A DNA stretch of 64,000 nucleotides from an uncultured Gemmatimonadales bacterium (GCA_963783305.1 CAWAMW010000007.1:160001-224000), one strand, 5' to 3'; shown: positions 1 to 10,168, numbered from the stretch's first letter. Numbers and translations: made by a program. The notes: generated by a model from the letters alone, not told the origin.

Positions 1-1368
1 AACTTCAACGGACTCGTCCGGCACTACTTCATGCGCAGCGGCCCCAACGTGGCCGACATCCAGGTCAACCTGGCCCCCAAGCATCACCGGGACCGCCAGA
101 GCCACGACATCGCCGTGGCCGTGCGGCCCGGCGTCGATTCCATCGCCCGGCTCTATGACGCGCGCGCAAAGGTGGCGGAGATCCCTCCGGGGCCGCCGGT
201 CCTTTCCACGCTCGTAGCCGAGGTGTACGGTCCGGACGAGGCGACTCGCCTGGCCAGCGCCACGCGCGTCATGGAGATTTTCGAGACCACCGAGGGCGTG
301 GTCGACGTGGACTGGACGGTGGAGGCGGGCGAGGCCAAGCACACGTTCCGGGTGGACCGGGCGCGCGCTGCCGCGGCCGGTGCATCGGTGGAGCAGATCA
401 CCCGTACCGTCTATCTCGCGCTATCCGGCAGCTCCGCCGGCGTGGCTTCATCCGCGAATGCCCGTGAGGGGGTCCAGATCGTGCCGCGCCTGGCCCTGGC
501 CGATCGCTCGTCGCTCGAGAGCCTCCTGGCGATCCCCGTCGCCACGGCCACCGGACCTCAGCCGCTGGGCCGGTTCGCCTCCATCCGGACCGCGCCGCGG
601 GAGGGGAGTCGGCACCGCCGCGACCTGAGGTCCGTGGTCTATGTCACCGCGGATGTGGCGGGCACGGTCGAGTCCCCGGTGTACGCGATCCTCGCCATGA
701 ACGACCGACTGGAGGAGGCCGGGATCGCCGTCTACAACGCCCGGCAGCCGGACCGGCTGGACGAGGTGGCGATCAAGTGGGATGGCGAGTGGCAGGTGAC
801 CATCGAGGTCTTCCGGGATCTCGGCCTCGCGTTCGCCGTGGTCCTCCTCCTGATCTACGTGCTGGTGGTGGGCTGGTTCCAGTCCTTCACGATCCCACTG
901 GTCATCATGGCGCCGATCCCGCTCACGCTGGTCGGGATCCTGCCAGGACACGCCCTGAGCGGCGCCTTCTTCACCGCGACCTCCATGATCGGGATGATCG
1001 CCCTCGCCGGGATCATTGTCCGCAACTCGATCCTCCTCGTGGACTTCATTCAGCTGGCGCAGGCGCGCGGACGCACGTTGCGCGAGGCGGTGCTCGAAGC
1101 GGGCGCCGTGCGGTTCCGGCCCATCGCCCTGACCGCCGCGGCCGTCATGGTGGGCGGCATGGTCATGGTCCTCGACCCCATCTTCGAGGGCCTCGCTGTC
1201 GCGATGATCAGCGGCGCGCTGGCGGCCACAGTCCTCACCATGGTGGTGGTCCCGCTCCTGTACTGGGAGCTCCTCAACCGACAGAACCCTGAAACCGAAC
1301 ACGACCATGAAACTCCTGATGATCATCTACAGCGGCATGAGCCCCAGCCGGATCTCGTCCCTCTTTGA
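1..1368 (+). CDS. RND (AcrB/CusA-family) efflux transporter permease, C-terminal part; start lies upstream of the window
   Basis: RND C-terminal TM motifs GIIVRNSILLVDF and AVRFRPIALT; the frame is open from position 1. Confidence 0.9.
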   Translation, partial: NFNGLVRHYFMRSGPNVADIQVNLAPKHHRDRQSHDIAVAVRPGVDSIARLYDARAKVAEIPPGPPVLSTLVAEVYGPDEATRLASATRVMEIFETTEGVVDVDWTVEAGEAKHTFRVDRARAAAAGASVEQITRTVYLALSGSSAGVASSANAREGVQIVPRLALADRSSLESLLAIPVATATGPQPLGRFASIRTAPREGSRHRRDLRSVVYVTADVAGTVESPVYAILAMNDRLEEAGIAVYNARQPDRLDEVAIKWDGEWQVTIEVFRDLGLAFAVVLLLIYVLVVGWFQSFTIPLVIMAPIPLTLVGILPGHALSGAFFTATSMIGMIALAGIIVRNSILLVDFIQLAQARGRTLREAVLEAGAVRFRPIALTAAAVMVGGMVMVLDPIFEGLAVAMISGALAATVLTMVVVPLLYWELLNRQNPETEHDHETPDDHLQRHEPQPDLVPL

Positions 1369-1597
1369 GTCCCATCATGTGGCGGGATGGACGGAGCTCG
1401 ATCACGCCCACGGCGCCGGTGCCACGGGACGACGGGAGGGCACGCGCGCGTGGCCGGGTGAGTCGTCGCTCTTCTTCACCGCCACCGATGACGACCGGAT
1501 CGCCGATCTGACCCACGCCCTCCGCGAAGAAAAGGAGCGGCTCGAGGAAGGGGAGCGGCTGCACGTGATGACGCTCCCCGTGGACAACTTCTTCTAG
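1307..1597 (+). CDS. Small PII-like (GlnB-like fold) transporter-associated protein
   Basis: 96 aa, MKLLMIIY...GWT...HGAGATGRREGTRAWPG pattern of PII-like proteins found next to RND pumps; overlaps the RND 3' end by 62 bp. Confidence 0.65.
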   Translation: MKLLMIIYSGMSPSRISSLFESHHVAGWTELDHAHGAGATGRREGTRAWPGESSLFFTATDDDRIADLTHALREEKERLEEGERLHVMTLPVDNFF

Positions 1598-1609
1598 AAA
1601 GGATCCTGA

Positions 1610-1843
1610 ATGTCAATTCACTACAAGATCCGGCTCATCGCCGGTACGTTCATCCTTGTGAGCCTGGCCCTCGGGTGGCTGGTTCACCCCGCCTGGTTCC
1701 TGTTCACCGCCTTCGTTGGGGTGAACCTCGTCCAGTCGGCCTTCACCCGCTGGTGTCTCATGGAGACGATCCTTGTTCGCACCGGCATCCACCGACCCGA
1801 GCAGATGCCCGCCGCCGCACCGGTGGTGCGCGCGGAGCCGTAG
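1610..1843 (+). CDS. DUF2892/YgaP-like small membrane protein
   Basis: RLIAG...FTAFVGVNLVQSAFTRWC motif, two TM segments; RBS AAGGA upstream. Confidence 0.8.
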   Translation: MSIHYKIRLIAGTFILVSLALGWLVHPAWFLFTAFVGVNLVQSAFTRWCLMETILVRTGIHRPEQMPAAAPVVRAEP

Positions 1844-1864
1844 CGCACGCGGGAGATCCGGCGC

Positions 1865-1893
1865 TTGCACGCGCCGGGGGTTCGGATCATACT
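1865..1893 (+). promoter_or_regulatory. Putative sigma70 promoter of the metallophosphoesterase gene
   Basis: TTGCAC-17 nt-CATACT. Confidence 0.45.
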
Positions 1894-2011
1894 CCCCTTC
1901 CGGGGCGTTCGGTTTCCGTCCGCCGCGGCCTTTCAATCTGCCGACGGAGGCTCGAGACGCGTGGGCCGAACTCCCATTCTAGGGCATCCGGGGCCGGCCC
2001 GGCGATCGGGC

Positions 2012-2902
2012 GTGAGCGCGGCCGCCGGCGCGCTCGGCCTGGCCGTGCTGTCTCTGAGCGCGTGCTTCACGGCCCCGCCCGAGCCGCCCCCTTCGCCCGA
2101 TGGGGTGTTCTTCACCGGCGCCGGCGACATCGCGCAATGCGACACGGGTGGAGCGGAGGTCACAGCCCGGCTACTGGACCGCATCCCCGGCCTGGTCTGG
2201 ACGACCGGTGACAACGCCTATCCTTCCGGGAGCGCTGCGGACTTCGATCTCTGCTACGATCCCACGTGGGGCCGGCACCGCGATCGGACCCGGCCCACCC
2301 CTGGCAACCACGAGTACTGGACGCCGGGCGCGCTCCCTTACTTCCGCTACTTCGGGGATGCCGCGGGCACGGCGGGCGAGGGGTGGTACAGCTACACCTA
2401 CGGCGGATGGCGGATCATCGCGCTGAACAGCAACGTGGAAACCGGTTGGGAATCGCCCCAGCTCCGCTGGCTCCGGCAGGAGCTGAGCGAGGACCCCCGT
2501 CGCTGCACGCTCGCCTACTTCCACCATCCCCTCGTCAGCTCCGGCGCTCACGGCGACCAGCGCGACGCGGCGGAGTACGGCGATGTCCGGCCCTTCTGGA
2601 TCCTGCTCTACGCGGCGGGCGCGGACGTGGTTCTGAATGGTCACGACCACCACTACGAGCGCTTCGCGCCCCTCACTCCTGAGGGCACCATCGACCGTGT
2701 TCGGGGTGCGCGCCAGTTCATCGTGGGGACCGGCGGCGGAGCCCTGAGGCGTCGCGGACCGACGCTTCACCCGGCCAGCGAGCAGGTGCGCGACGGCACT
2801 TACGGGGTCCTGAAACTGGAGCTGGGGAACGGCCGCTACGGCTGGGAGTTCATGGACGCAAAAGGCAGGGTGGTCGACAGCGGAGACGATGTCTGCCACT
2901 GA
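2012..2902 (+). CDS. Calcineurin-like metallophosphoesterase, probable lipoprotein
   Basis: GD, GDNAY, GNHE, HHP and GHDHHYER metal motifs; GTG at 2012 gives a signal peptide with lipobox LSAC. Confidence 0.8.
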   Translation: MSAAAGALGLAVLSLSACFTAPPEPPPSPDGVFFTGAGDIAQCDTGGAEVTARLLDRIPGLVWTTGDNAYPSGSAADFDLCYDPTWGRHRDRTRPTPGNHEYWTPGALPYFRYFGDAAGTAGEGWYSYTYGGWRIIALNSNVETGWESPQLRWLRQELSEDPRRCTLAYFHHPLVSSGAHGDQRDAAEYGDVRPFWILLYAAGADVVLNGHDHHYERFAPLTPEGTIDRVRGARQFIVGTGGGALRRRGPTLHPASEQVRDGTYGVLKLELGNGRYGWEFMDAKGRVVDSGDDVCH

Positions 2903-2926
2903 GGCGGCTTCGGGCCTCCGCTGAGG

Positions 2927-4135
2927 TCAGGAGGACGCCGCACGCCTGTCCGCGAAATCCACTCCTGTCTCGCCCTCGCTATCCTTCGTGCCCGCCTGGG
3001 ACCGGCCCTCCGCTTCGGCCGCGCGGGCCCGTAGCTCGGGCAGGTCGTCGCCGTTGTCCTCCCTGAAGATATGCGCGATCGGGGGTGGCGCGCCGTCGAC
3101 CTGGAGCTTCCCGGCGGCGTGCACAGCCAACAGGCCTTCCACCACTTCCGGGTTGAAGAACCGACCGTCCAGGGTTTGGATCTCCTGTATGGCCTCCTCC
3201 ACGGTCCAGGCGCGTTTGTACGGACGCTCATGCGTGAGCGCATCGAACACGTCCGCGGCGTGGACGATCTGCGCCGCTCGAGGGATCAGCTCCCCCTCCA
3301 TTCTCATGTAGCCCGAGCCGTCCCAGTTCTCGTGATGGTACAGGGCAATCTCCTCCGAGAGCTGGAGGACGGGGAACTTGCTCCCGGCAAGGATCCCGGC
3401 CCCGATCGACGCGTGCTTCTTCATTTCGTCGAACTCCTCAGCCGTCAGCTTGCCCGGCTTCAGGAGGATGCCATTGGGGATGCCGATCTTGCCCACGTCG
3501 TGGAGCGGGGCCGCACGGCGCAGGAGCACCACCTCCGTGTCCGCCAGTCCCATCTCACGGGCGATGATGGCCGACATGTGGCCGACGCGCTGGGCGTGGT
3601 GGCCCGTCTCGTCATCGCGATACTCCGCCGCGCGCGCGAGCCGCTCGAGGATCTCTATCTGTGCGCGCTCCAGCTCCCGCGTCCGCTCCGAGACCTTGCC
3701 CTCGAGCGTCATGTTCTGGTCCTGCAGCTGACGGTAATAGTGCCGCGTCTGAAGCAGGTTCTTGATGCGCAGCACTACCTCGGCCGGGTCCACCGGCTTC
3801 GTCAGGAAGTCCTTCGCACCCGCCGAGAGCGCCCGCTGGCGTGCCTGCGGCGTGATGTCGGCCGTCAGGACCAGGATCGGGACGAAGTCGTTGGTGGAAA
3901 TCCGGCCCTCGATCTGCTCCATGACCGCGAACCCGTCCAGACCGGGCATGTGCAGGTCGAGGAGCAGGATATCGGGCTGCCGGCCCGTGTAGCGGGCGAG
4001 GACCTGCCGGGGGTCGGTCGTGCTCTCGATGTCACAAAAACCCTCGCGCTGAAGGATCCTCTCGAGGAGACGGACATTCGCTGGCTCGTCGTCGACGATC
4101 AGGATCCGGGCGTCGAGATATTCGTCTTCGAACAT
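2927..4135 (-). CDS. Response regulator with HD-GYP output (RpfG-like c-di-GMP phosphodiesterase)
   Basis: REC domain (VDD, LLD, KP) followed by ETGHH..RV, LHDVGK, HHENWDGSGYM, DVFDALT, RPYK. Confidence 0.9.
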   Translation of the reverse strand: MFEDEYLDARILIVDDEPANVRLLERILQREGFCDIESTTDPRQVLARYTGRQPDILLLDLHMPGLDGFAVMEQIEGRISTNDFVPILVLTADITPQARQRALSAGAKDFLTKPVDPAEVVLRIKNLLQTRHYYRQLQDQNMTLEGKVSERTRELERAQIEILERLARAAEYRDDETGHHAQRVGHMSAIIAREMGLADTEVVLLRRAAPLHDVGKIGIPNGILLKPGKLTAEEFDEMKKHASIGAGILAGSKFPVLQLSEEIALYHHENWDGSGYMRMEGELIPRAAQIVHAADVFDALTHERPYKRAWTVEEAIQEIQTLDGRFFNPEVVEGLLAVHAAGKLQVDGAPPPIAHIFREDNGDDLPELRARAAEAEGRSQAGTKDSEGETGVDFADRRAASS

Positions 4136-4141
4136 GGATTC

Positions 4142-6100
4142 TCAGTTCTCGAGGACGTCGTCCACGATCCGTAGGAACTCCTGCACGTCCAGCGGCTTCG
4201 GAAGGTATGCCTGCGCCCCCGCATCCAGAAGGCGCTCAACCTGGTTGCTGGTCACATCCGCGCTGATGATAACCACGGGAGTGCGGGAGATGACAGCGTC
4301 CTCCCGGATCCGGCGCAGCACTTCGGAGCCGTGGATGTCGGGAAGGTGCAGGTCGAGCAGGATCAGATCCGGCTGCCTGTCCCGCGCGATATCCAGGCCG
4401 ATCCCTCCCTGGATGGCAGTCAGAAGTTCCACGTTGGGGCGCCGCGCCAGGACGCGTTCCACGAGCTTGAAGTTGGACGGGTTGTCCTCAATGTACAGAA
4501 TGGTGCACTCCCGTCTCGAGCCCTCCGAGCCGGTCTCCTGCGGCAGCTGGGCCACGGCAGGCGAAGTCGGGAACGACCGTGACTCGTCGACGGGGAGCTC
4601 GAACCAGAACGTGCTCCCGGCGCCTTCCGTGCTCTCCGCCCCGATCTCGCCATCCATGGCCTCTACGAGTCCCCGCGAGACCGCGAGCCCTATCCCCGTC
4701 CCCTCGATGGCGGTTCGCTCGGCGCCCAACCGCTCGAACGGTGTGAACAGTCGACCCAGAGCCTCCGCGGGGATCCCGTGCCCCGTGTCCCGGACAGCGA
4801 TCCGCAGGCGATTGCTCCCCGTCACCCCGCTCCCGCACGTGACCTCGATCGTGCCCTCGTCCGAGTTGTACTTCACCGCGTTCGAGAGCAGATTCAGCAA
4901 TACCTGCTTGAGCCGTTGACGGTCCGCGGTCACCATCGCTTTGCACGTGGATGGCCCCCCGTTCACCAGCTTGACGCCGGACCGCTCGGCGCGGTGCCGT
5001 ACCAGCTCCCACGCTTCCGCCGCGACTTCGCTCACCTCGATCGGCTCGAGGGAGAGGGTCATCCGTCCCGCCTCGATTCGCGCGATGTCCAGCACCTCGT
5101 CCACCAGCGCCAGCAGGTGGCGACCGGCCTTGAGTATCTGCTCCACACTCTCGCGCTGGTCGGGGTCCAGAGCGTCCATCTCCAGCAGCTGCGCGAAGCC
5201 CAGGATGGCGTTCAGCGGCGTACGCAGCTCATGGCTCATGCGGCTCAGGAAATCGCTCTTGGCTCGGTTCGCCCGCTCCGCGTCCTCCTTTGCACGCTTC
5301 AGGACGTGCTCGAGCTGCTTCCGCTCCGTCACGTCCCGCACCACGCCGGTGAAGATGTGCTGATGGTTCTTGACATACTCGCCGAACGAGATCTCCAGCG
5401 CGATCTCCCGATGCCCCTTGGTCAACCCCGCGATCTGGAGCGCGTACTCGGGATTGCTCGTCACCACCGTGTCCAGGTACTGCTGCAGCGCCGCGTCGTG
5501 GTCCGCCCTCACGCGCTCGGGGATCAGCATTTCGAACGGCTGTCCAACCATGTCCGTTATGGTCAGTCCGAAGATCTTCTCCGCCGCCCGGTTCGCGAAG
5601 AGGATATTTCGGTTCTGGTCGATGGTGATGATCCCGTCGGACGCGCTCTCGGCCACGAACCGGTAGCGCTCCTCGCTCTCCCGCCGCGCCTCCTCGACTT
5701 CGGTCCGGGCCAGGAACTCTCGTCGCATCTGGTCCGCGATGTCGCGGAGCCCGCCCAGCACCGCACCCAGCACCACCAGCAGGATCGACGGCAGCAGCTC
5801 GTCGTCCTGCATCTGGCTCATGACCGTCCCGAACGTCTCCTGGGTCACCAGCGCGAAGAGGAACGCGTTGAACGGGATGATGACCACCGCCGCGGCAACC
5901 CCGCCCCAGAAGCCGAACAGCCACGCAAACACCACGATCGGCGCGGCCGCCAGCTCCGCGATCCGGTAATCCTCCGGCGTGAACGGCGGGATGAACGCCA
6001 GGATGTAGGCGGCCATGGCGGCCACCGCCAGCCCGAGCTTGATCCAGTTGGTGTCCTCGTTTCCCTGGAAGGAATTGAAGAACCGTCGGGAGAATTTCAT
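4142..6100 (-). CDS. Membrane PAS-domain hybrid histidine kinase (TM-PAS-HisKA-HATPase-REC)
   Basis: MSHELRTPLN H-box, NAVKY, DTGHG, GTGIGL, C-terminal REC; start uncertain (6100/6109/6130). Confidence 0.9.
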   Translation of the reverse strand: MKFSRRFFNSFQGNEDTNWIKLGLAVAAMAAYILAFIPPFTPEDYRIAELAAAPIVVFAWLFGFWGGVAAAVVIIPFNAFLFALVTQETFGTVMSQMQDDELLPSILLVVLGAVLGGLRDIADQMRREFLARTEVEEARRESEERYRFVAESASDGIITIDQNRNILFANRAAEKIFGLTITDMVGQPFEMLIPERVRADHDAALQQYLDTVVTSNPEYALQIAGLTKGHREIALEISFGEYVKNHQHIFTGVVRDVTERKQLEHVLKRAKEDAERANRAKSDFLSRMSHELRTPLNAILGFAQLLEMDALDPDQRESVEQILKAGRHLLALVDEVLDIARIEAGRMTLSLEPIEVSEVAAEAWELVRHRAERSGVKLVNGGPSTCKAMVTADRQRLKQVLLNLLSNAVKYNSDEGTIEVTCGSGVTGSNRLRIAVRDTGHGIPAEALGRLFTPFERLGAERTAIEGTGIGLAVSRGLVEAMDGEIGAESTEGAGSTFWFELPVDESRSFPTSPAVAQLPQETGSEGSRRECTILYIEDNPSNFKLVERVLARRPNVELLTAIQGGIGLDIARDRQPDLILLDLHLPDIHGSEVLRRIREDAVISRTPVVIISADVTSNQVERLLDAGAQAYLPKPLDVQEFLRIVDDVLEN

Positions 6101-6301
6101 CGTACGCATGACTCCGGGAACCGGGGACATTCGGCTGCAGGAGAGGAGGGTGTGGGCAGCGCTCGCGCGGGGGTGACAGCGCGGTCGCCCCTGACCCACT
6201 GGATCCCGTCCTGGGGCTTCATCATATCCATGGCTGTGAACTTCCCGAGCCGAGGAAAGATCGGCTCGCGGGACGCCGGGGAGACCTGCTGGCGAGGCAA
6301 G

Positions 6302-6330
6302 AAGATAGAAACGGTACGATTTCGAAGCAA
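6302..6330 (-). promoter_or_regulatory. Putative sigma70 promoter of the kinase/HD-GYP operon
   Basis: Minus strand TTGCTT-17 nt-TATCTT. Confidence 0.5.
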
Positions 6331-6565
6331 GGCGTACGGGCCGCCGTGCTGCCGCGCCGTCCGCAAGCGAACCGGGGGGAGTCCGGTGCGGCAGTCACCA
6401 CGCATCGCCCGCGTGCGCAGAACAGACCTGGCGTCCGGTCGTCGCTCCCGCGTCCGTACGACGCGTGTGCCCGGCAGCGGTCCGGCGTCTGGCAGACGGG
6501 GATCTCGCGCCGCGGAGAGCGGGCTCCCGGACCCGGCCCGGGGTGCAGTGCCGGCCGGCTCGCCG

Positions 6566-6594
6566 TTGACAACCGCGCGGCGCGCCGTCACCTT
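6566..6594 (+). promoter_or_regulatory. Putative sigma70 promoter of secD
   Basis: TTGACA-17 nt-CACCTT. Confidence 0.5.
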
Positions 6595-6661
6595 TTCCCG
6601 TCTTTGGCAGGATCGCGGGTTCCACGCCCGTACCAAGCAATCACGGAGAGAACAGCGACCA

Positions 6662-8368
6662 ATGTTCGGTAGCCTGAAAGGCCGGATCTTCATCATCCTC
6701 CTGGCCGTCGTCGCCAGTGGCTGGTTCCTCTACGACAACTACGAGTCGTGCGCGGAGCACCGAACGGAGGGGGACCTGAGCACGGCCTGCTCGCCGATCA
6801 AGCTCGGGCTCGATTTGCAGGGCGGCATGCACCTGGTCCTCGAGGTCGAGGACCGCGAGGGCACCATGACGCCGGAAAGTCGCGCGGATGCCACGGATCG
6901 CGCCCTGAAGATCATCCGCACCCGGATCGATCAGTTCGGTGTGGAGGAGCCGCTCATCCAGAAGTCCGGGACTGATCGGATCATCGTGGAGCTCGCCGGG
7001 ATCAGCGACGAGGGTCGGGCGAAGGACATCCTCCAGCAGACCGCTTTCCTCCAGTTCTTCCTCGTGGAATCCGGACAGGAGTACCAGACCTTCCGGAACT
7101 CCCTCGACCGCATCGATCGCGCGGTCCTGGCGGCGTTCCCGGACGCGGGCACCCGCACGGCGCGGCAGGCCCCGCAGGGTGAGACCGTGGAGGACCTTTT
7201 GTTCGGTGGGGACACCACCGCCGCAGCGTCCACCGACAGCCCGTCGGTCGCCGATTCCGCGGCCGCTGGGGAAGCGACCGCTGGGGAAGCGGTGGCTGGG
7301 GAAGCGGAGGCGCCCAGCCGGCGTCCGTTTAGCGAGCTGCTCCTCCAGGGCTCGCAGGAGGGACAGCTGCTGGTGGATGAGCGCGACGCCGCGACCATCG
7401 CCGAGTGGCTGGCGTCGGACCAGGTGCAGCGCGCGGTCCCGCGGGGGATGACGCTCCGACTCGGCCAGGAGCCGCAGGGCGAGGGGGCGGAGCTCTATCG
7501 TCCGCTGTGGGTGCTGGAGGATCGGCCGTTCCTGCGGGGCGAGGAACTCGAGAACGCGGTGGCGGGGAAGGAGAGCCAGTTCAACGAGACCATCGTCTCC
7601 TTCGATCTCTCCCGGCGCGGAGGCCGCATCTTCGAGCGGGTCACGAGCGAGAACATCGGGGAGCTGATCGCCATCGTTCTGGACGAGCAGGTGGTGAGTG
7701 CGCCGGTGATCCGCGGTCGGATCGGCGCGTCGGGCCAGATCCAGATGGGCCAGGCGCCGCTGTCGGAGGCGCAGGACCTGGCGCTGGTGCTCCGCGCCGG
7801 CGCGCTCCCGGCGCCGCTCCGCATTATGGAAGAGCGGACGGTGGGCCCGTCGTTGGGCGCCGATTCGGTGGAGAAGGGTGAGCTCGCGGGCATCGTCGGA
7901 CTCATGCTGGTCGTGCTGATCATGGTCGGCTACTACCGCACATCTGGCGCGTTGGCCGTGGGCGCCCTGGTGGTGTACGTGATCCTGGTCATGGGCGGGC
8001 TCGCCGCCTTCAACGCCACGCTTACCCTTCCGGGGATCGCGGGTCTCATCCTGTCGGTCGGTATGGCCGTGGACGCCAATGTGCTCATTTTCGAGCGCAT
8101 TCGTGAGGAGCTGGCCGCCGGCCGGGTCCCGCGGACCGCCTCGGACGAGGGGTTCAAGCACGCCATGTCCGCCATCGTCGACTCCAATCTCACGACGCTG
8201 CTGACGGCGCTCATCCTCTTCCAGTTCGGGACCGGACCGGTGCGCGGCTTCGCCGTTACACTCTCCGTGGGGATCGTGGCGTCGTTCTTCTCTGCGGTTT
8301 ATGTCACCCGGACCTTCTTCCTGCTCTACCTCGAGGGGAAGAAGCCCACCGAGCCCATCAGCATCTGA
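6662..8368 (+). CDS. secD: Protein translocase subunit SecD
   Basis: LGLDLQGG, RIDQFGVEEP, LRAGALPAP, VGPSLG, AVDANVLIFERIREE; ATG at 6662 after GGAG. Confidence 0.95.
   Translation: MFGSLKGRIFIILLAVVASGWFLYDNYESCAEHRTEGDLSTACSPIKLGLDLQGGMHLVLEVEDREGTMTPESRADATDRALKIIRTRIDQFGVEEPLIQKSGTDRIIVELAGISDEGRAKDILQQTAFLQFFLVESGQEYQTFRNSLDRIDRAVLAAFPDAGTRTARQAPQGETVEDLLFGGDTTAAASTDSPSVADSAAAGEATAGEAVAGEAEAPSRRPFSELLLQGSQEGQLLVDERDAATIAEWLASDQVQRAVPRGMTLRLGQEPQGEGAELYRPLWVLEDRPFLRGEELENAVAGKESQFNETIVSFDLSRRGGRIFERVTSENIGELIAIVLDEQVVSAPVIRGRIGASGQIQMGQAPLSEAQDLALVLRAGALPAPLRIMEERTVGPSLGADSVEKGELAGIVGLMLVVLIMVGYYRTSGALAVGALVVYVILVMGGLAAFNATLTLPGIAGLILSVGMAVDANVLIFERIREELAAGRVPRTASDEGFKHAMSAIVDSNLTTLLTALILFQFGTGPVRGFAVTLSVGIVASFFSAVYVTRTFFLLYLEGKKPTEPISI
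7265..7309 (+). repeat. 3 x 15-bp in-frame tandem repeat in secD (AGEAx)
   Basis: GCTGGGGAAGCG-NNN repeated three times. Confidence 0.8.
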
Positions 8369-8391
8369 CGACGAACGGATACGAGGAATAG

Positions 8392-9336
8392 ATGCGGTTT
8401 TTCCAGGACGCGAACTACAACTTCATCGAACGGCGCCGCCCCGCTTACCTGATCAGCGTGGTCGTGATCGCCATCGGGATCATCGGCATGGCCGCCTTCG
8501 GAATCGGCGGCCAGGGCTGGGTGAACTACGGCGTGGACTTCACCGGCGGCACCATCGTCCAGGTGCGGTTCGATGCGCCTACCACCGTGGCGGATGTGCG
8601 CGGCGCACTGGGCACCATGCAGCGCGCGGAGGTGACCCAGTTCGGGACGGCTTCCGAGTACCTGATCCGGGTGCCGGAGTTCGTGGAAGAGGGCACCAAC
8701 ACGTCGGAGATCATCACCGGCACGCTGGCGGACTCGTACGGCGCGGGCACGTTCGAGATGGAGCGTACCGAAGCGGTGGGACCGAAGATCGGGAGTGAGC
8801 TCCAGCAGAAGGCGCTGCTGGCCATTCTCATGTCCTTCGCCCTGACGCTGATCTACCTGGCGTTCCGCTTCGAGTGGCGCTTCGGCGTGGCAGCGGTCAT
8901 TGCGACCGTCCACGACATCCTCATCACGCTGGGCTTCATTTCCATCCTGCGGATCGAGGTTTCCCTGCCCACTGTGGCGGCCGTCCTAACGATCATCGGC
9001 TACTCCCTGAACGACACGATCATCGTGTTCGATCGGATTCGCGAGAATCTCCAGGGTCCGCGCCGCCGGGATCCGTACATCGGGATCATCGACCGCTCGA
9101 TCAACGAGGTGCTCCCCCGGACCATCATGACCTCCGGGACCACCTTCGCCGTGCTCCTCGCCCTGTTCCTGCTGGGCGGGACCATCATCCGCGATTTCGC
9201 CCTGATCCTCATGCTGGGGATCGTGGTCGGAACCTACTCCTCCATCTTCGTGGCCTCACCCGCGCTGCTGGAGATCGAAGAGCGGACGGGCGAGCAACAC
9301 GGCGGCGCTCGGAGCAAGGCCAGAGCCGGCACGTAG
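8392..9336 (+). CDS. secF: Protein translocase subunit SecF
   Basis: GVDFTGGT, VGPKIGSEL, GYSLNDTIIVFDRIRE, GTYSSIFVA. Confidence 0.95.
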   Translation: MRFFQDANYNFIERRRPAYLISVVVIAIGIIGMAAFGIGGQGWVNYGVDFTGGTIVQVRFDAPTTVADVRGALGTMQRAEVTQFGTASEYLIRVPEFVEEGTNTSEIITGTLADSYGAGTFEMERTEAVGPKIGSELQQKALLAILMSFALTLIYLAFRFEWRFGVAAVIATVHDILITLGFISILRIEVSLPTVAAVLTIIGYSLNDTIIVFDRIRENLQGPRRRDPYIGIIDRSINEVLPRTIMTSGTTFAVLLALFLLGGTIIRDFALILMLGIVVGTYSSIFVASPALLEIEERTGEQHGGARSKARAGT

Positions 9337-9406
9337 ACCGGCCGGATGCACACCTTCGACCGAGGAAGGCCGCCGGCAGCGCCGTGCGGCCTTCCTCACT
9401 TGTGAG

Positions 9407-10168
9407 ATGTACTTCGATTCCCACTGCCACCTGACCGACGACCGCTTCGCCGGAGACGCTGACGCCGCGGCGGAGCGGGCCCGGGAGGCCGGTGTCACCC
9501 GCTTCGTGCTGATCGCCTCCGACGATGAGGACGCTGAACGGGCCCTCACCCTCGCCGAGCGCCTCCACGTGTGGGCCACCGCCGGCATCCACCCCCACGC
9601 CGCCGCGCGCGCAGAGCAGGGATTCCATTGCGTGCGCAGGCTGGTGGGGGAGGAGGACCGGGTGGTGGCCGTAGGCGAGACGGGTCTCGACTACTACTAC
9701 GACAACTCGCCCCGCAGCACTCAGCGCGCCAGCTTCGAACAGCATCTCGAGCTCGCGGCCTCCAGCGGGAAGCCCATCGTGGTCCACTCCCGAGACGCCG
9801 ATGACGACACCATCGCCATGATCCGATCGACGGGCCCCGCAGTCACCGGGGTGCTCCACTGTTTCGCGGGCGGCCGCGCCCTCTTCGATGCGGGGGTAGA
9901 GGCCGGGTGGTACATCTCGTTCTCCGGGCTGATCACGTTCAAGAGCTATCGGACGAAGGAGCTCGTGGCCGAGACACCGCCGGACCGCCTCCTGGTGGAG
10001 ACCGATTCCCCGTACCTCGCCCCTGTCCCGCACCGGGGGCAGCGGAACGAGCCGGCGCGGGTTGTGGACGTGGCCCGCGCCGCGGCGGAACTGCGCGGGG
10101 AGTCGCTGGAGAGCTTGGCGCGGATGACCACCCGCAACGCCCTCACCTTCTACCAGATCGCCGGATGA
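9407..10168 (+). CDS. tatD: TatD family nuclease
   Basis: DSHCHL, GIHPH, GETGLDY, HSRDA, HCF, ETDSPYLAPVPHRG. Confidence 0.92.
   Translation: MYFDSHCHLTDDRFAGDADAAAERAREAGVTRFVLIASDDEDAERALTLAERLHVWATAGIHPHAAARAEQGFHCVRRLVGEEDRVVAVGETGLDYYYDNSPRSTQRASFEQHLELAASSGKPIVVHSRDADDDTIAMIRSTGPAVTGVLHCFAGGRALFDAGVEAGWYISFSGLITFKSYRTKELVAETPPDRLLVETDSPYLAPVPHRGQRNEPARVVDVARAAAELRGESLESLARMTTRNALTFYQIAG

Noticed and set aside
3290..3345. GYM instead of GYP in the RpfG-like protein as a sign of inactivity
   Set aside because: The metal-ligand motifs (H, HD, HHE, D) and RPYK are retained, so this is likely a tolerated variant.
4778..6661. 1196-aa ORF apparently extending SecD N-terminally
   Set aside because: The extension is the antisense shadow of the histidine kinase plus intergenic DNA. 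SecD has its own promoter, SD and ATG at 6662.
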